A DNA stretch of 64,000 nt from Tidjanibacter sp. (GTDB lineage Bacteria > Bacteroidota > Bacteroidia > Bacteroidales > Rikenellaceae), in assembly GCA_045656405.1 (NCBI GenBank), contig JAZORC010000002.1, positions 91,572-155,571 on the forward strand. Direction: 5' to 3'. Positions within the stretch are counted from its first letter, which is position 1. Each line of letters opens with the position of its first letter. Positions 39,157 through 48,956 of the stretch are shown here, one piece after another. Both the position numbers and the translations under genes were made by a program. The notes beneath the pieces are model-generated. The model was not told where the DNA came from. It worked only from the letters and a program-made list of their open reading frames with translations, and ran no database searches.

Positions 39157-39507
39157 ATGCAGAAATTGATAGACAATATTGTCGAGGCTATTCAGGACAA
39201 AAAGGGACACAATATCGTATCTCTCGACCTTCGCGCTCTGGAAGGTACGATTTGTGATGCATTTGTGGTGTGCAATGCCGACTCTACCACCCAGGTTGAT
39301 GCGATTGCCGATGGCATCGTGGAGGCTTTGGAGGAGAAGTTGGGCGAGAAACCCCGCAGGGTGGAGGGTAAGACCAACGCTGCGTGGATTGCGGTGGACT
39401 ATGTGGATGTTATTGTACACATCTTCCTCACCCCTCTGCGCGACTTCTACCGCCTCGAACAGCTCTGGGCCGATGCTCCCGCCACTCGCTACGAGTCGGA
39501 AGAGTAA
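39157..39507 (+). CDS. rsfS: Ribosome silencing factor
   Basis: AIQDKKG; WIAVDYVDVIVHIF...RDFYRLEQLWAD. Confidence 0.95.
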   Translation: MQKLIDNIVEAIQDKKGHNIVSLDLRALEGTICDAFVVCNADSTTQVDAIADGIVEALEEKLGEKPRRVEGKTNAAWIAVDYVDVIVHIFLTPLRDFYRLEQLWADAPATRYESEE

Positions 39508-39513
39508 GGGGAG

Positions 39514-39547
39514 GATTGAGAATTGAGAATTGAGAATTGAGAATTGG
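39514..39547 (+). repeat. AATTGAG heptamer array after the rsfS stop
   Basis: GATTGAG (AATTGAG)3 AATTGG, followed by 9-mers GAGTCCTTA AAGTCCCTA. Confidence 0.93.
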
Positions 39548-39621
39548 AGTCCTTAAAGTCCCTAATAAAAATTTTCGGTCACAGAGCGACCGCGACATTT
39601 GACCAGACTACGTCTGCTCTA

Positions 39622-39678
39622 AAATGCTCACGCTCGGCATAGTCTGCAAGCAGCCTCTGCTCTCGCTTACTCGCATTT
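39622..39678. repeat. Imperfect hairpin element (AAATGC...CGCTCGGCA...TGCTCTCGCTT...GCATTT)
   Basis: Nested inverted repeats; resembles dispersed Bacteroidales repeats from memory; single copy in this window. Confidence 0.45.
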
Positions 39679-39786
39679 GCGACGTTAGACTAAATTTTGA
39701 ATTTTGCATTTTGAATTCCCCCTGGGGTACTAAAATTCAAATCCCTGCGTTACTGATTGGAAAGATTAATAAATAAACCAATATAG

Positions 39787-41739
39787 ATGGAAAATAATAC
39801 AAACAATATGGGTGGCGGAAATCCCAACTCGGGAAACAATATGCCCCCACGTCAGCCTATGCCCCCAAGGCGTAGGCGTGGCCCGATGTCGTGGCTCTTT
39901 GTTTTTTGGAGCCTCTTGCTTGTCGGAATGTTCGCAATGCAGCTCATTACCGGCGAGGGTACTCCTCGCAAGATTGATTGGAAGAGCTTGGAGGAGATGA
40001 TTGTGAAGGGCGATGTGAGCAAAATAGAGGTCAATAACGACAAGGTTGCCCACATCTGGCTCAAAAAGGAGGCTGTGGAGGTGTATCGCCAGAAGCCTAC
40101 CTACAACACCTTGCCCGAGGCTAAACACCAATTTATCTACAATATCGGTAACCCCGAGATTTTCCGCTCCGACTTGGCGCAGATAGGCCAGAAGTATGGT
40201 GTGGAGGTGCCTGTGCCCGCGTGGGAATACACCAAGAGCATTTGGCGAGAGTTGGTGGGATGGTTGCCAATGATTCTCCTTGTGGTGATGATGGTCTTGA
40301 TGTTCCGCTCGGCATCGCGTGGTGCTGCGGGACAAAATGGCGTGATGAACGTGGGTAAAGCCCGCGCACAGGTCTATGATAAGAACAACGAGAACAAGGT
40401 GACCTTCAAGGATGTTGCAGGCTTGGAGGAGGCCAAGGTGGAGATTATGGAGATTGTGGACTTTCTGCGCAAGCCCGAAAAGTACCGCGAGCTCGGTGGT
40501 AAGATTCCCAAAGGCGCACTCCTTGTAGGCCCTCCCGGAACGGGTAAAACTATGTTGGCCAAGGCTGTGGCTGGTGAGGCAAATGTTCCATTCTTCTCCA
40601 TTAGCGGTAGCGATTTTGTGGAGATGTTTGTGGGTGTGGGTGCCTCGCGTGTGAGGGATTTGTTTGCACAAGCCAAGCAGAAGGCCCCCTGCATTGTCTT
40701 TATCGACGAGATTGACGCCATTGGTCGCGCAAGGGGTAAAAATGCGGGTTTTTCGGGTAATGACGAGAGGGAAAATACTCTCAACCAGCTCCTTACCGAG
40801 ATGGATGGCTTTGGCACCAACTCGGGCGTTATTGTGCTGGCTGCCACCAACCGCGTAGATATTTTGGACAAGGCACTGATGCGTGCTGGTAGGTTCGATA
40901 GGCAGATTGATGTGGGCCTTCCCGAACTCAAAGAGAGGGAGGAGATTTTCGGTGTGCATATGCGCAAACTCAAACTCGCTGACGATGTGAATGTGGAGTT
41001 TTTGGCAAAACAGACCCCTGGTTTCTCGGGTGCCGATATTGCCAATGTCTGCAACGAGGCAGCCCTCATTGCAGCCCGTAACGATAAGAAGGCTATCTCG
41101 AAAGAGGACTTCCTCGCGGCCGTAGACCGCATCATCGGTGGCTTGGAGAAGAAGAGTAAGGTGATTACCCCCAATGAGAAACGTACCATCGCCTACCACG
41201 AGGCGGGACACGCCACGGTGAGCTGGCTCTTGGAGCACGCCAACCCCCTCGTGAAAGTTACGATTATACCACGAGGTAGGGCACTTGGTGCTGCGTGGTA
41301 CTTGCCCGAGGAGAGGCAGATAACCACCACCGAGCAGATGATGCACGAGATGGCATCGCTCTTGGGTGGTAGGGCTTCGGAGTTTCTGACCTTTGGCGAA
41401 ATCTCCACAGGCGCACTCAACGATTTGGAGAGGGCTACCAAGATGTCCTATGCTATGGTTAGTTACTATGGTATGAGCGATAAGGTGGGCAACCGTTCCT
41501 ACTACGACTCTACGGGGCAGAGCGACTACTCTTTCTCGAAACCTTACAGCGAGGAGACCTCGGTGCTGATTGACAAGGAGTCGAAGGCGCTCATCGATAA
41601 GGCTTTCGATATGGCGACCACCATCCTCAAACAGAATCGCGAGGGACTTGCTACCCTTGCCGAACTCTTGCTCGAAAAAGAGGTTGTATTCTCGGAGGAT
41701 TTGGAGCGTATTTTCGGCGAGCGAAAAAAGAGGAGTTAG
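39787..41739 (+). CDS. ftsH: ATP-dependent zinc metalloprotease FtsH
   Basis: Two TM segments; GPPGTGKT; FSISGSDFVEMFVGVG; HEAGH. Confidence 0.97.
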   Translation: MENNTNNMGGGNPNSGNNMPPRQPMPPRRRRGPMSWLFVFWSLLLVGMFAMQLITGEGTPRKIDWKSLEEMIVKGDVSKIEVNNDKVAHIWLKKEAVEVYRQKPTYNTLPEAKHQFIYNIGNPEIFRSDLAQIGQKYGVEVPVPAWEYTKSIWRELVGWLPMILLVVMMVLMFRSASRGAAGQNGVMNVGKARAQVYDKNNENKVTFKDVAGLEEAKVEIMEIVDFLRKPEKYRELGGKIPKGALLVGPPGTGKTMLAKAVAGEANVPFFSISGSDFVEMFVGVGASRVRDLFAQAKQKAPCIVFIDEIDAIGRARGKNAGFSGNDERENTLNQLLTEMDGFGTNSGVIVLAATNRVDILDKALMRAGRFDRQIDVGLPELKEREEIFGVHMRKLKLADDVNVEFLAKQTPGFSGADIANVCNEAALIAARNDKKAISKEDFLAAVDRIIGGLEKKSKVITPNEKRTIAYHEAGHATVSWLLEHANPLVKVTIIPRGRALGAAWYLPEERQITTTEQMMHEMASLLGGRASEFLTFGEISTGALNDLERATKMSYAMVSYYGMSDKVGNRSYYDSTGQSDYSFSKPYSEETSVLIDKESKALIDKAFDMATTILKQNREGLATLAELLLEKEVVFSEDLERIFGERKKRS

Positions 41740-41792
41740 TTTGAGGTGATTTGAGGGCATATAGGAACAAAGTCGTTAGATAAAAATAACAA

Positions 41793-42605
41793 ATGAGTCT
41801 GAAAGGTAAAAACTTGGGATTGCGAACAGTGGCGGGAGCTGCTTTGGGGGTGATTGTTGTGGGTGCGGCCCTGCTGTCACCTTGGGCATTGGCTGTGGTT
41901 GCGGCCGCTGTTGTTGTAGTAGGGCAGGACGAACTCTTCCGTATGGCATCCTCGCGTGAGGGTGTGCGCCCAATGGGTATATTGGCGATGTGCATCGGTG
42001 TGGCTTTGGTTGCCGAGAGCGTTCTGGAACCCTCGCCCGTGGTGCTACTCACTCTGCTTCTGTTTGTGCCCTTGCTCTTTGCTGCTGAACTCTCGCGTGG
42101 CTCCCAAAGGAGTCTTGAAAATATGGCTATTACAACTTTTGGCCTGCTCTATACGGCTGTACCTATGGCACTTATGATGATGGTGGGCTTTGTTGGTAGG
42201 GAGTGGGAGCCCGCCCGAGTGCTGGCCATTATCTTCATCGTGTGGGTGAATGATATTTTTGCCTACTTGGTGGGGTGCTCCATTGGCAAACATAAGATGT
42301 GCCCCTCGATTTCGCCCAAGAAGTCGTGGGAGGGGCTCTTTGGTGGTGTGCTCTTCGCGGTGGCCTTTGCTATGGCTGTGGGCTATATGATGGAGGGTAA
42401 TATTTACGCTTGGGGAGGCCTGGGTGCTGTTGTTGCTTTGTCGGGTGTTGCCGGTGACTTGGTGGAGTCGATGATAAAGAGGGAGTACGACGTGAAGGAT
42501 TCGGGCAATGTGATACCCGGCCACGGAGGTATCCTCGATAGGTTCGATGCACTGCTGATGGCTATGCCTTTTGCATACGTTTATATGATGATTTTTGGAC
42601 TATGA
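41793..42605 (+). CDS. cdsA: Phosphatidate cytidylyltransferase
   Basis: WVNDIFAYLVG, ISPKKSWEG, GDLVESMIKR...KDSG..IPGHGGILDRFD. Confidence 0.95.
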   Translation: MSLKGKNLGLRTVAGAALGVIVVGAALLSPWALAVVAAAVVVVGQDELFRMASSREGVRPMGILAMCIGVALVAESVLEPSPVVLLTLLLFVPLLFAAELSRGSQRSLENMAITTFGLLYTAVPMALMMMVGFVGREWEPARVLAIIFIVWVNDIFAYLVGCSIGKHKMCPSISPKKSWEGLFGGVLFAVAFAMAVGYMMEGNIYAWGGLGAVVALSGVAGDLVESMIKREYDVKDSGNVIPGHGGILDRFDALLMAMPFAYVYMMIFGL

Positions 42606-43273
42606 GAATCAATCCCGAAGGATATACAGGTATAAAGATTAATACCGCAATTTTTCTGCTCATCATTGCCGTAGTCACCGCTACGGCTTTGGTCTATGAT
42701 TGGGCTTGGTGGGCATTGGCGTTGGTGGATGCCTTTTTGGTGTGGCGCATTGTCTTCTTCATAATGTTCTTCCGCGAGCCCGAGAGGAGAGTTTTGAAGG
42801 ATGAGAGTGCGGTCTTTGCCCCTGCTGATGGTAGGGTTGTGACCATCGAGGAGGTGGATGCCCCCGAGGGTATGGATTGCGAAAGGTGTGTGCAGATGTC
42901 GGTCTATATGAACTTCTACAATGTCCACGTCAATTGGCACCCAGTGTCGGGAGAGATTACCTATAAAGACCACTACAATGGGGAGTTTGTGCTTGCGTGG
43001 CAACCCAAGAGCTCGGAGTTGAACGAACATACCACCGTTGTGGTGAAGACCGAGGGTGGGGTGAAGATTGCCTACCGCCAGATTGCAGGATGGATTGCTC
43101 GCAGGATTGTCTGCTACCCCGAGGTGGGCGATAGGGTGGAGCAGAATAGCAAGTCGGGATGTATAAAGTTCGGCTCGCGTGTGGATGTTTTTCTCCCCAT
43201 TGGAAGCGAAATTTTGGTGGATATCGACCAGAAGGTCAAGGGCTCCCAGACCATTCTTGCTCGCCTGAAATAG
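42602..43273 (+). CDS. psd: Phosphatidylserine decarboxylase proenzyme
   Basis: FFREPER, APADGRV, VHVNWHP, RQIAG.IARRI, cleavage motif KFGSRVD. Confidence 0.93.
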   Translation: MRINPEGYTGIKINTAIFLLIIAVVTATALVYDWAWWALALVDAFLVWRIVFFIMFFREPERRVLKDESAVFAPADGRVVTIEEVDAPEGMDCERCVQMSVYMNFYNVHVNWHPVSGEITYKDHYNGEFVLAWQPKSSELNEHTTVVVKTEGGVKIAYRQIAGWIARRIVCYPEVGDRVEQNSKSGCIKFGSRVDVFLPIGSEILVDIDQKVKGSQTILARLK

Positions 43274-43303
43274 GGAGAGGTGCTAATCCTAAACTTGTTG
43301 ATT

Positions 43304-44401
43304 ATGAATAATATGCACAGATACTTGTTGGGTATTGTAGCGCTCGCTGCACTCGTTGCTGTCTTTTGGTTTTTTGGCGATATTGTTTTCTATATTCTCC
43401 TTGCGGGTGTGCTGGCTCTTATGTGCCAACCTTTGGTTGCGAAGGTCTCGGGCGTGAAGATTTTTGGGCGCAAACTGCCTCGCTGGGTGGGAGCCATCGT
43501 GGGTGTGGTGTCGGTATGGTTGGTTATTGTGCTCTTCTTTGTGTTGCTCATTCCTCTGATTTCGGGCAAGATGAGTGACCTTGCGCACCTCGATTACCAG
43601 AATCTGCTCTCCTCCCTGCGTGAACCAATGACCGAGTTGGGGTTGTTTCTGGAAAAATATTTCAAGATAAATATTTCGCAAACCTCTCTGATGGAGATGT
43701 TTACCTCGTGGGTAAAGGAGTTTGTTGATAGTGGTACGGCAACTTCTCTGTTCTCGTCGGTATTCTCTGTTGCAGGCAATGTTGTGGTTGCTGCGGTGAG
43801 TATCTCGTTCATCGCCTTCTATTTTATGAAGGAGGAGGGACTGTTTATGAGGATGCTGGTGGCTGTTGCCCCCACCAAATATGAGGAGAACGTAAGGCGT
43901 GCTGTGGAGTCCATCACCTCGCTCCTATCGCGCTATTTCTTGGGCGTGCTCATCCAGATTACCATAATGATGTGTGTGGTGTCGGCAATTTTGTGGGTGT
44001 GTGGCTTCGAGTTGCAGGATGCGATTTTTGTGGGCTTCATTGAGGGTGTGTTCAATATTATACCCTATGTTGGCCCCTGGATTGGGTTCATAATTAGCGC
44101 CTTGTCGGGACTTACGTTTGTGAGCGCGGGAGGTATGACTCTGGGCTATGTGGTCGTTGCCATTGCTGCAACAATCATTGTGGCACAGGTTGTGGATAAC
44201 TACTTTGTTTCCCCGAGGGTGTTCTCGCGTCAGGTCAATGCCCACCCATTGGAGATTTTCATTGTGACACTCATTGCGGGCACCTCGTCGGGTGTGCTGG
44301 GTATGCTTGTGGCAATTCCTGCCTATACAGTCTTGCGCGTTCTGGCCAAGGAGTTTTTGTACAATTACAAGTTGGTGAGGGAGCTGACCTCGAAGGTGTA
44401 G
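43304..44401 (+). CDS. AI-2E family transporter
   Basis: Multi-TM; FNIIPYVGP, QVVDNYFVSP, HPLEIF, GMLVAIP; GTG at 43280 is an alternative start. Confidence 0.9.
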   Translation: MNNMHRYLLGIVALAALVAVFWFFGDIVFYILLAGVLALMCQPLVAKVSGVKIFGRKLPRWVGAIVGVVSVWLVIVLFFVLLIPLISGKMSDLAHLDYQNLLSSLREPMTELGLFLEKYFKINISQTSLMEMFTSWVKEFVDSGTATSLFSSVFSVAGNVVVAAVSISFIAFYFMKEEGLFMRMLVAVAPTKYEENVRRAVESITSLLSRYFLGVLIQITIMMCVVSAILWVCGFELQDAIFVGFIEGVFNIIPYVGPWIGFIISALSGLTFVSAGGMTLGYVVVAIAATIIVAQVVDNYFVSPRVFSRQVNAHPLEIFIVTLIAGTSSGVLGMLVAIPAYTVLRVLAKEFLYNYKLVRELTSKV

Positions 44402-44427
44402 AGGCGAGGGTGAGTTGAAAAAAGTAT

Positions 44428-44455
44428 CGGGCTCGGCAAGTGTTTGCCGAGCCCG
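44428..44455. terminator. Bidirectional hairpin between convergent genes
   Basis: CGGGCTCGGCAA-GTGT-TTGCCGAGCCCG. Confidence 0.8.
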
Positions 44456-44476
44456 CTTAATTTTCAACTTTCAATT

Positions 44477-44851
44477 TTACAACTCTGTTTTCCAGAGGCC
44501 GTGGAGGTTGCAGTATTCATAGACAGCCACGGGTTTGCGACCGCAGATGCACACCTCTGCTACGGGTTTCTCTTTGAGGTCCACTTTCACGCCACCGTCC
44601 TCAAACTCTACATAGACAAAAGCAATGTGGTGCTCGGGGAGCATAGGGTGCTCAACGCTACCCACCTGAATACGCAGTTTGCAGTCGTCGATTTTCTCCA
44701 CAACGGGGAGGTGTTTCTCTACGCTTGCCTCTACGGTGCCGGGGATGAGTTCGGTCATCTTCTCGCCACAGCAGAAGGGGGTTACGCCGCCATCAACGGC
44801 TTTGATGATTACGTTGCCACAGTGGTTGCATTTATAGAATTTGGTTGCCAT
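44477..44851 (-). CDS. dfx: Desulfoferrodoxin (superoxide reductase)
   Basis: CNHCGN...CCG centre I; EKH, HPM..EHHI, YCNLHGLW centre II. Confidence 0.95.
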   Translation of the reverse strand: MATKFYKCNHCGNVIIKAVDGGVTPFCCGEKMTELIPGTVEASVEKHLPVVEKIDDCKLRIQVGSVEHPMLPEHHIAFVYVEFEDGGVKVDLKEKPVAEVCICGRKPVAVYEYCNLHGLWKTEL

Positions 44852-45066
44852 AATTGTTCTGTTTTTTTATCGGTTAAACTTTTCGTTGTCGTGTTTTCTT
44901 TATGCAAAGATAATACCATCGTGGCGAAAAGTCAAATCGGAAATTTTGATAGTGGTATAGGTGGAAACTATGGGAAAGAGGGGTTGGTGCAACTGCCATC
45001 CCTCGCTGAAAAGGGTGGCAAACTAACCCAAACAAAAAAGGCGGCAATCTAATGATTACCGCCTCT

Positions 45067-45143
45067 TGGTAGCGAGACCCAGGATTGAACTGGGGACCTC
45101 ATGATTATGAATCATGCGCTCTAACCAGCTGAGCTATCTCGCC
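45067..45143 (-). tRNA. tRNA with CAT anticodon (probably elongator Met)
   Basis: GGCGAGATAGCTCAGCTGGTTAGAGCGCATGATTCATAATCATGAGGTCCCCAGTTCAATCCTGGGTCTCGCTACCA; encoded CCA; -7 element at 45163-45170. Confidence 0.95.
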
Positions 45144-45242
45144 GCTTTGCTGAAAAGCGATGCAAAGATAAGTGATTATTTTTTCCTCGCAAACTTTCCG
45201 AGGTATTTTTTTTGCATATTGAGGTGAAAAAGTTGTTTTGCT

Positions 45243-45911
45243 ATGAAAAATACCTCCGAAATGCGCCTTGCGCGTCGTCTTGATGCGGTGGCAATCCTCG
45301 CCAGCATTCTCTTGTTGGTCTCTTTTACCCTCGATGTTGTCCATCGAAAAAGCTACATCCTCTCGCCAGGTGTCGAGGAGTTGCAACTTGTGGTCTGTAT
45401 GGTCTTTGTGACCGACTTTGTGGTGCAGATGATGGTAGCAAAAAGTCCGCGTCGCTATTTTGTGCGCAATTTGGTGCTCCTTGTGGTGTCGATTCCCTAC
45501 CTTAATATGTTGGAGTGGGGTGGGGTGATGCTCCCCAAGTGGCTCTACATTCTGCTCAAATGTTTGCCTCTTGTGCGTGGTGGCGCGGGAATATATGGAC
45601 TGATAAAATATATCACACCCACGCGCGTGAGTGCCATTCTGTGGAGCTATGTGGCGCTTATTGTCATTGTCACCTATCTTTCGGCCCTTGTGTTCTACGC
45701 CTACGAGGAGGTCGTAAATCACGCAGTGGATAGCTTTGGTACGGCCCTCTGGTGGGCGGGACTGAATGTTACGACCGTGGGGGCACCCCTCTTTGCCGTC
45801 ACCCCCATTGGTAAGATTCTCACCGTTCTGCTCCCAGGATTGGGTATGATACTCTTCCCCCTGCTGACGGTCTATGTCACCCACCTTGTTCAACGTAGTG
45901 TGGGGAAATAA
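45243..45911 (+). CDS. Ion channel (potassium channel family fold)
   Basis: TM segments; pore helix ALWWAGLNVTTVG; non-canonical filter TVGAP. Confidence 0.75.
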   Translation: MKNTSEMRLARRLDAVAILASILLLVSFTLDVVHRKSYILSPGVEELQLVVCMVFVTDFVVQMMVAKSPRRYFVRNLVLLVVSIPYLNMLEWGGVMLPKWLYILLKCLPLVRGGAGIYGLIKYITPTRVSAILWSYVALIVIVTYLSALVFYAYEEVVNHAVDSFGTALWWAGLNVTTVGAPLFAVTPIGKILTVLLPGLGMILFPLLTVYVTHLVQRSVGK

Positions 45912-45949
45912 AATTTCGGGCGCGGAAAATTTTTTCCACGCCCGAAATT
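45912..45949. terminator. Bidirectional hairpin
   Basis: AATTTCGGGCGCGGAAAA...TTTTCCACGCCCGAAATT between convergent genes. Confidence 0.8.
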
Positions 45950-45970
45950 TATGACATTAGACGTTGTGCC

Positions 45971-47809
45971 TTAATTGACCTGTTGAAGAGCAACAAGTTT
46001 GGCGTAAAGACCACCACGCTCGATAAGTTCAGTGTGGGTGCCCTCTTCGGCAATGTGGCCCTGCTCAATGACGATGATTCTGTCGGCATTCTTGATGGTG
46101 CTCAATCGGTGGGCGATGATTACCGAGGTGCGGCCCGAGAGGAGTTTATCCAGAGCCTCCTGTACCAATTTCTCACTCTCGGTGTCGAGGGCGCTGGTTG
46201 CCTCATCCAAGATGAGAATTTCGGGATTTTTGAGCACTGCGCGGGCGATGCTCAATCTCTGGCGCTGACCACCCGAGAGTTTGGTACCCCTATCACCAAT
46301 GTTGGTCTGGTAGCCCTCGGGACTCTCCACGATGAAGTCGTGGGCATTGGCAATGCGTGCAGCCCTCTCAATCTCCTCCATTGTTGCGGAGTCGTTTCCG
46401 AGGCGAATGTTGTTTTCGATGGTGTCGTTGAAGAGGATGGTCTCCTGCGACACGATACCCATATTCTCGCGCAGGGAGTGGAGGTTGTAGTCGCGGATAT
46501 TTTTGCCGTCAATGAGAATCTCGCCAGCCGTTACGTCGTAGAATCGGGGAATGAGGTCGGAAGTGGTCGATTTGCCACCACCCGAGGGACCTACCAATGC
46601 CACCGTTTCGCCCTTCTTGACCGTGAAATTTATGCCGCCCAAAACCTCTCTATCCTCCTCGTAGGAGAAGCGCACATTGCGGAATTCGATACCCTCCGAG
46701 AAGCTATCGAGCCTGATGCCGCCATCCTTGGGGGAGGTGATGGTGCTCTGGGTGTCGAGGAGTTCGAGAACCCTGCCACCCGCAGCAATACCCTGATTGA
46801 TATTGGCAAAAGCGTCAGTGAAGGCCCTCATTGGGCGTGTGATCTGGGTGAAGATGGCGATGTAGGCGATAAAACCACTACCATCAAGACCACCATTGCC
46901 ACTCAAAACAAGTGTGCCACCAAAGATGAGCAGTCCCGCAGCGGCCGCAATGCCGAGAAACTCACTCATAGGCGAGGCCATCTGCTGGCGGTACATCATA
47001 CGGCGTGTGATGTCGGAGTATTTCTTGTTGATGGAGGTGAACTTCTGGCGGAAGAAACCCTCGGCATTGTAGGCCTTGATAACCTTCACACCCGAGAGCG
47101 ACTCGTCGAGTACGGAGGTGAGCTCGCCAAAGTTCTGCTGTGCTTTCAGCGCAGGGTGGCGCAACTTCTTCACAACGCTACCAATGATGAGCGCAATGAT
47201 AGGAAGGTAGATTATCGAAAAGAGCGAGAGCTTCCACGAGATGGATACCATCGCGATGATGTAGCCGATGATGAGGAATGGCTCGCGGAATACCACCTGC
47301 AAGGTGTTTACAATACAGAACCTTACGGTCTGCACATCGGAGGTGATGCGCGCCATCATATCGCCCTTGCGTGCCGAGGAGAAGAATGAGAGGTTGAGCC
47401 CCATAACATTGTCAAACACAGCATTGCGGATGGTTTGCAGGGAGTTGATGCGCAGATTCTCCACGGTGCGCTGTCCGAGGTAGCGGAAGAGGTTGCTCAG
47501 TAGTGCCGAGAGGGTGACAAAGCCCGCGAGGAATACAAGGATATTCATCGTGTCGTAGTTGGTACCATAGAGGCAGTAGAGCCAATAGTTGAGCAACTCG
47601 GTGAGATACTCAATGCTCACACTGAATTGGGGTGCCTCGGTCACAGCCTCCAACATAGCCCCCTGGTCGAAGAGGGTGCGCAACAGAGGGATAATCATCA
47701 CAAAGTTGCAGGTGTTGAACACGGCATAGAAGAGCGTGTAGAAAAAATATGGTATTGCATACCTGCCAAATGGGCGGGCAAAGGATAGTAATCGCCAGTA
47801 AATTTTCAT
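45971..47809 (-). CDS. MsbA-like ABC exporter (TMD plus NBD)
   Basis: GPSGGGKST, LSGGQRQR, ILDEATSALD, IAHRLST. Confidence 0.93.
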   Translation of the reverse strand: MKIYWRLLSFARPFGRYAIPYFFYTLFYAVFNTCNFVMIIPLLRTLFDQGAMLEAVTEAPQFSVSIEYLTELLNYWLYCLYGTNYDTMNILVFLAGFVTLSALLSNLFRYLGQRTVENLRINSLQTIRNAVFDNVMGLNLSFFSSARKGDMMARITSDVQTVRFCIVNTLQVVFREPFLIIGYIIAMVSISWKLSLFSIIYLPIIALIIGSVVKKLRHPALKAQQNFGELTSVLDESLSGVKVIKAYNAEGFFRQKFTSINKKYSDITRRMMYRQQMASPMSEFLGIAAAAGLLIFGGTLVLSGNGGLDGSGFIAYIAIFTQITRPMRAFTDAFANINQGIAAGGRVLELLDTQSTITSPKDGGIRLDSFSEGIEFRNVRFSYEEDREVLGGINFTVKKGETVALVGPSGGGKSTTSDLIPRFYDVTAGEILIDGKNIRDYNLHSLRENMGIVSQETILFNDTIENNIRLGNDSATMEEIERAARIANAHDFIVESPEGYQTNIGDRGTKLSGGQRQRLSIARAVLKNPEILILDEATSALDTESEKLVQEALDKLLSGRTSVIIAHRLSTIKNADRIIVIEQGHIAEEGTHTELIERGGLYAKLVALQQVN

Positions 47810-47935
47810 ATATCTGATGTGGTTTGGTCTAAAAAACTACGCAAAAGTACGCAAATAATTGTGGATATTGGCAAAGAAAGTGTATTTTTGTAGATTAGAA
47901 ACCGAAAAATCAAAAAAAGTAATAGACAAGCATAT

Positions 47936-48931
47936 ATGAAAAAACGTGTATTGAGTGGTATCCGATCCACAGGACAACTCCATTTGGGAAACTATTTTGG
48001 CGCTCTTCGCAACTTCGTGAAGCTACAAGATGAGGCCGAATGCTACTTCTTCATCGCAGACTACCACTCCCTAACTACCCACCCCGACCCAACAATTCTC
48101 CACTCCAATGTGCGCAATATTCTCTCGGAGTACCTCGCAGCAGGTATCGACCCCGAGAAGGCCACCATCTATGTTCAGAGCGATGTGCCCGAGGTCGCAG
48201 AACTCTCTCTGTTGTTGGGTATGCACGCCTATGTTGGTGAGTTGGAGCGCACAGCATCCTTCAAAGATAAAGTGAGGAAAAATCCCAATAATGTCAATAT
48301 CGGTCTGCTCAACTACCCCGTGTTGATGGCCTCCGATATTCTGCTCCATAGGGCCGACTATGTGCCTGTGGGTAAAGACCAGGAGCAGCACTTGGAGATG
48401 ACGCGCCACTTGGCACACCGCTTCAACCAAATCTACAAGACCGATTTCTTCAACGAAAAGGTGGCCCCCTTCAACTTTGGCAAAGACCTTGTGAAGATTC
48501 CCGGATTGGATGGCTCGGGTAAGATGGGTAAGAGCGAGGGCAACGGCATCTACCTCTCGGACCCCGACAATGTAATCCGCAAGAAGGTGATGAAGGCTGT
48601 GACCGATAGTGGTCCCACCGAGCCCAACTCGCCCATTTCGGAGCCCATCCAGAATATCTTTACCATTATGGAGGCTGTATCAACTCCCGACACTATTGAG
48701 TACTTCAAGGAGAAATATGCCTCGTGTGAGATTCGTTATGGCGACCTGAAAAAGCAGTTGGCAGAGGATATTATCGCCACCGTAGCCCCCATTCGTGAGC
48801 GCATTGAAGACATCCGTGCCAACGATAAGTACCTCCACGAAGTGACCGAGATGGGTGCCGAGAAGGCGCGTAGGAGCGCTCGTGCAACGCTCGATGAGGT
48901 GCGCAGGATTATGGGTATCTACAAATTCTAA
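47936..48931 (+). CDS. trpS: Tryptophan--tRNA ligase
   Basis: SGIRSTGQLHLGNY, ADYHSLT, YPVLMASDIL, VPVGKDQEQH, KMGKS. Confidence 0.97.
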   Translation: MKKRVLSGIRSTGQLHLGNYFGALRNFVKLQDEAECYFFIADYHSLTTHPDPTILHSNVRNILSEYLAAGIDPEKATIYVQSDVPEVAELSLLLGMHAYVGELERTASFKDKVRKNPNNVNIGLLNYPVLMASDILLHRADYVPVGKDQEQHLEMTRHLAHRFNQIYKTDFFNEKVAPFNFGKDLVKIPGLDGSGKMGKSEGNGIYLSDPDNVIRKKVMKAVTDSGPTEPNSPISEPIQNIFTIMEAVSTPDTIEYFKEKYASCEIRYGDLKKQLAEDIIATVAPIRERIEDIRANDKYLHEVTEMGAEKARRSARATLDEVRRIMGIYKF

Positions 48932-48956
48932 CAATTAGCAAAATCGAAATAGACGT

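Noticed and set aside
30645-43273. pssA separated from cdsA-psd, and oxyR/dfx proximity, as novel clusters
   Set aside because: Ordinary core functions with no evidence of co-regulation.
45067-45143. Genomic island integrated at the tRNA
   Set aside because: No integrase and no duplicated tRNA 3' end noticed; flanking genes look chromosomal.
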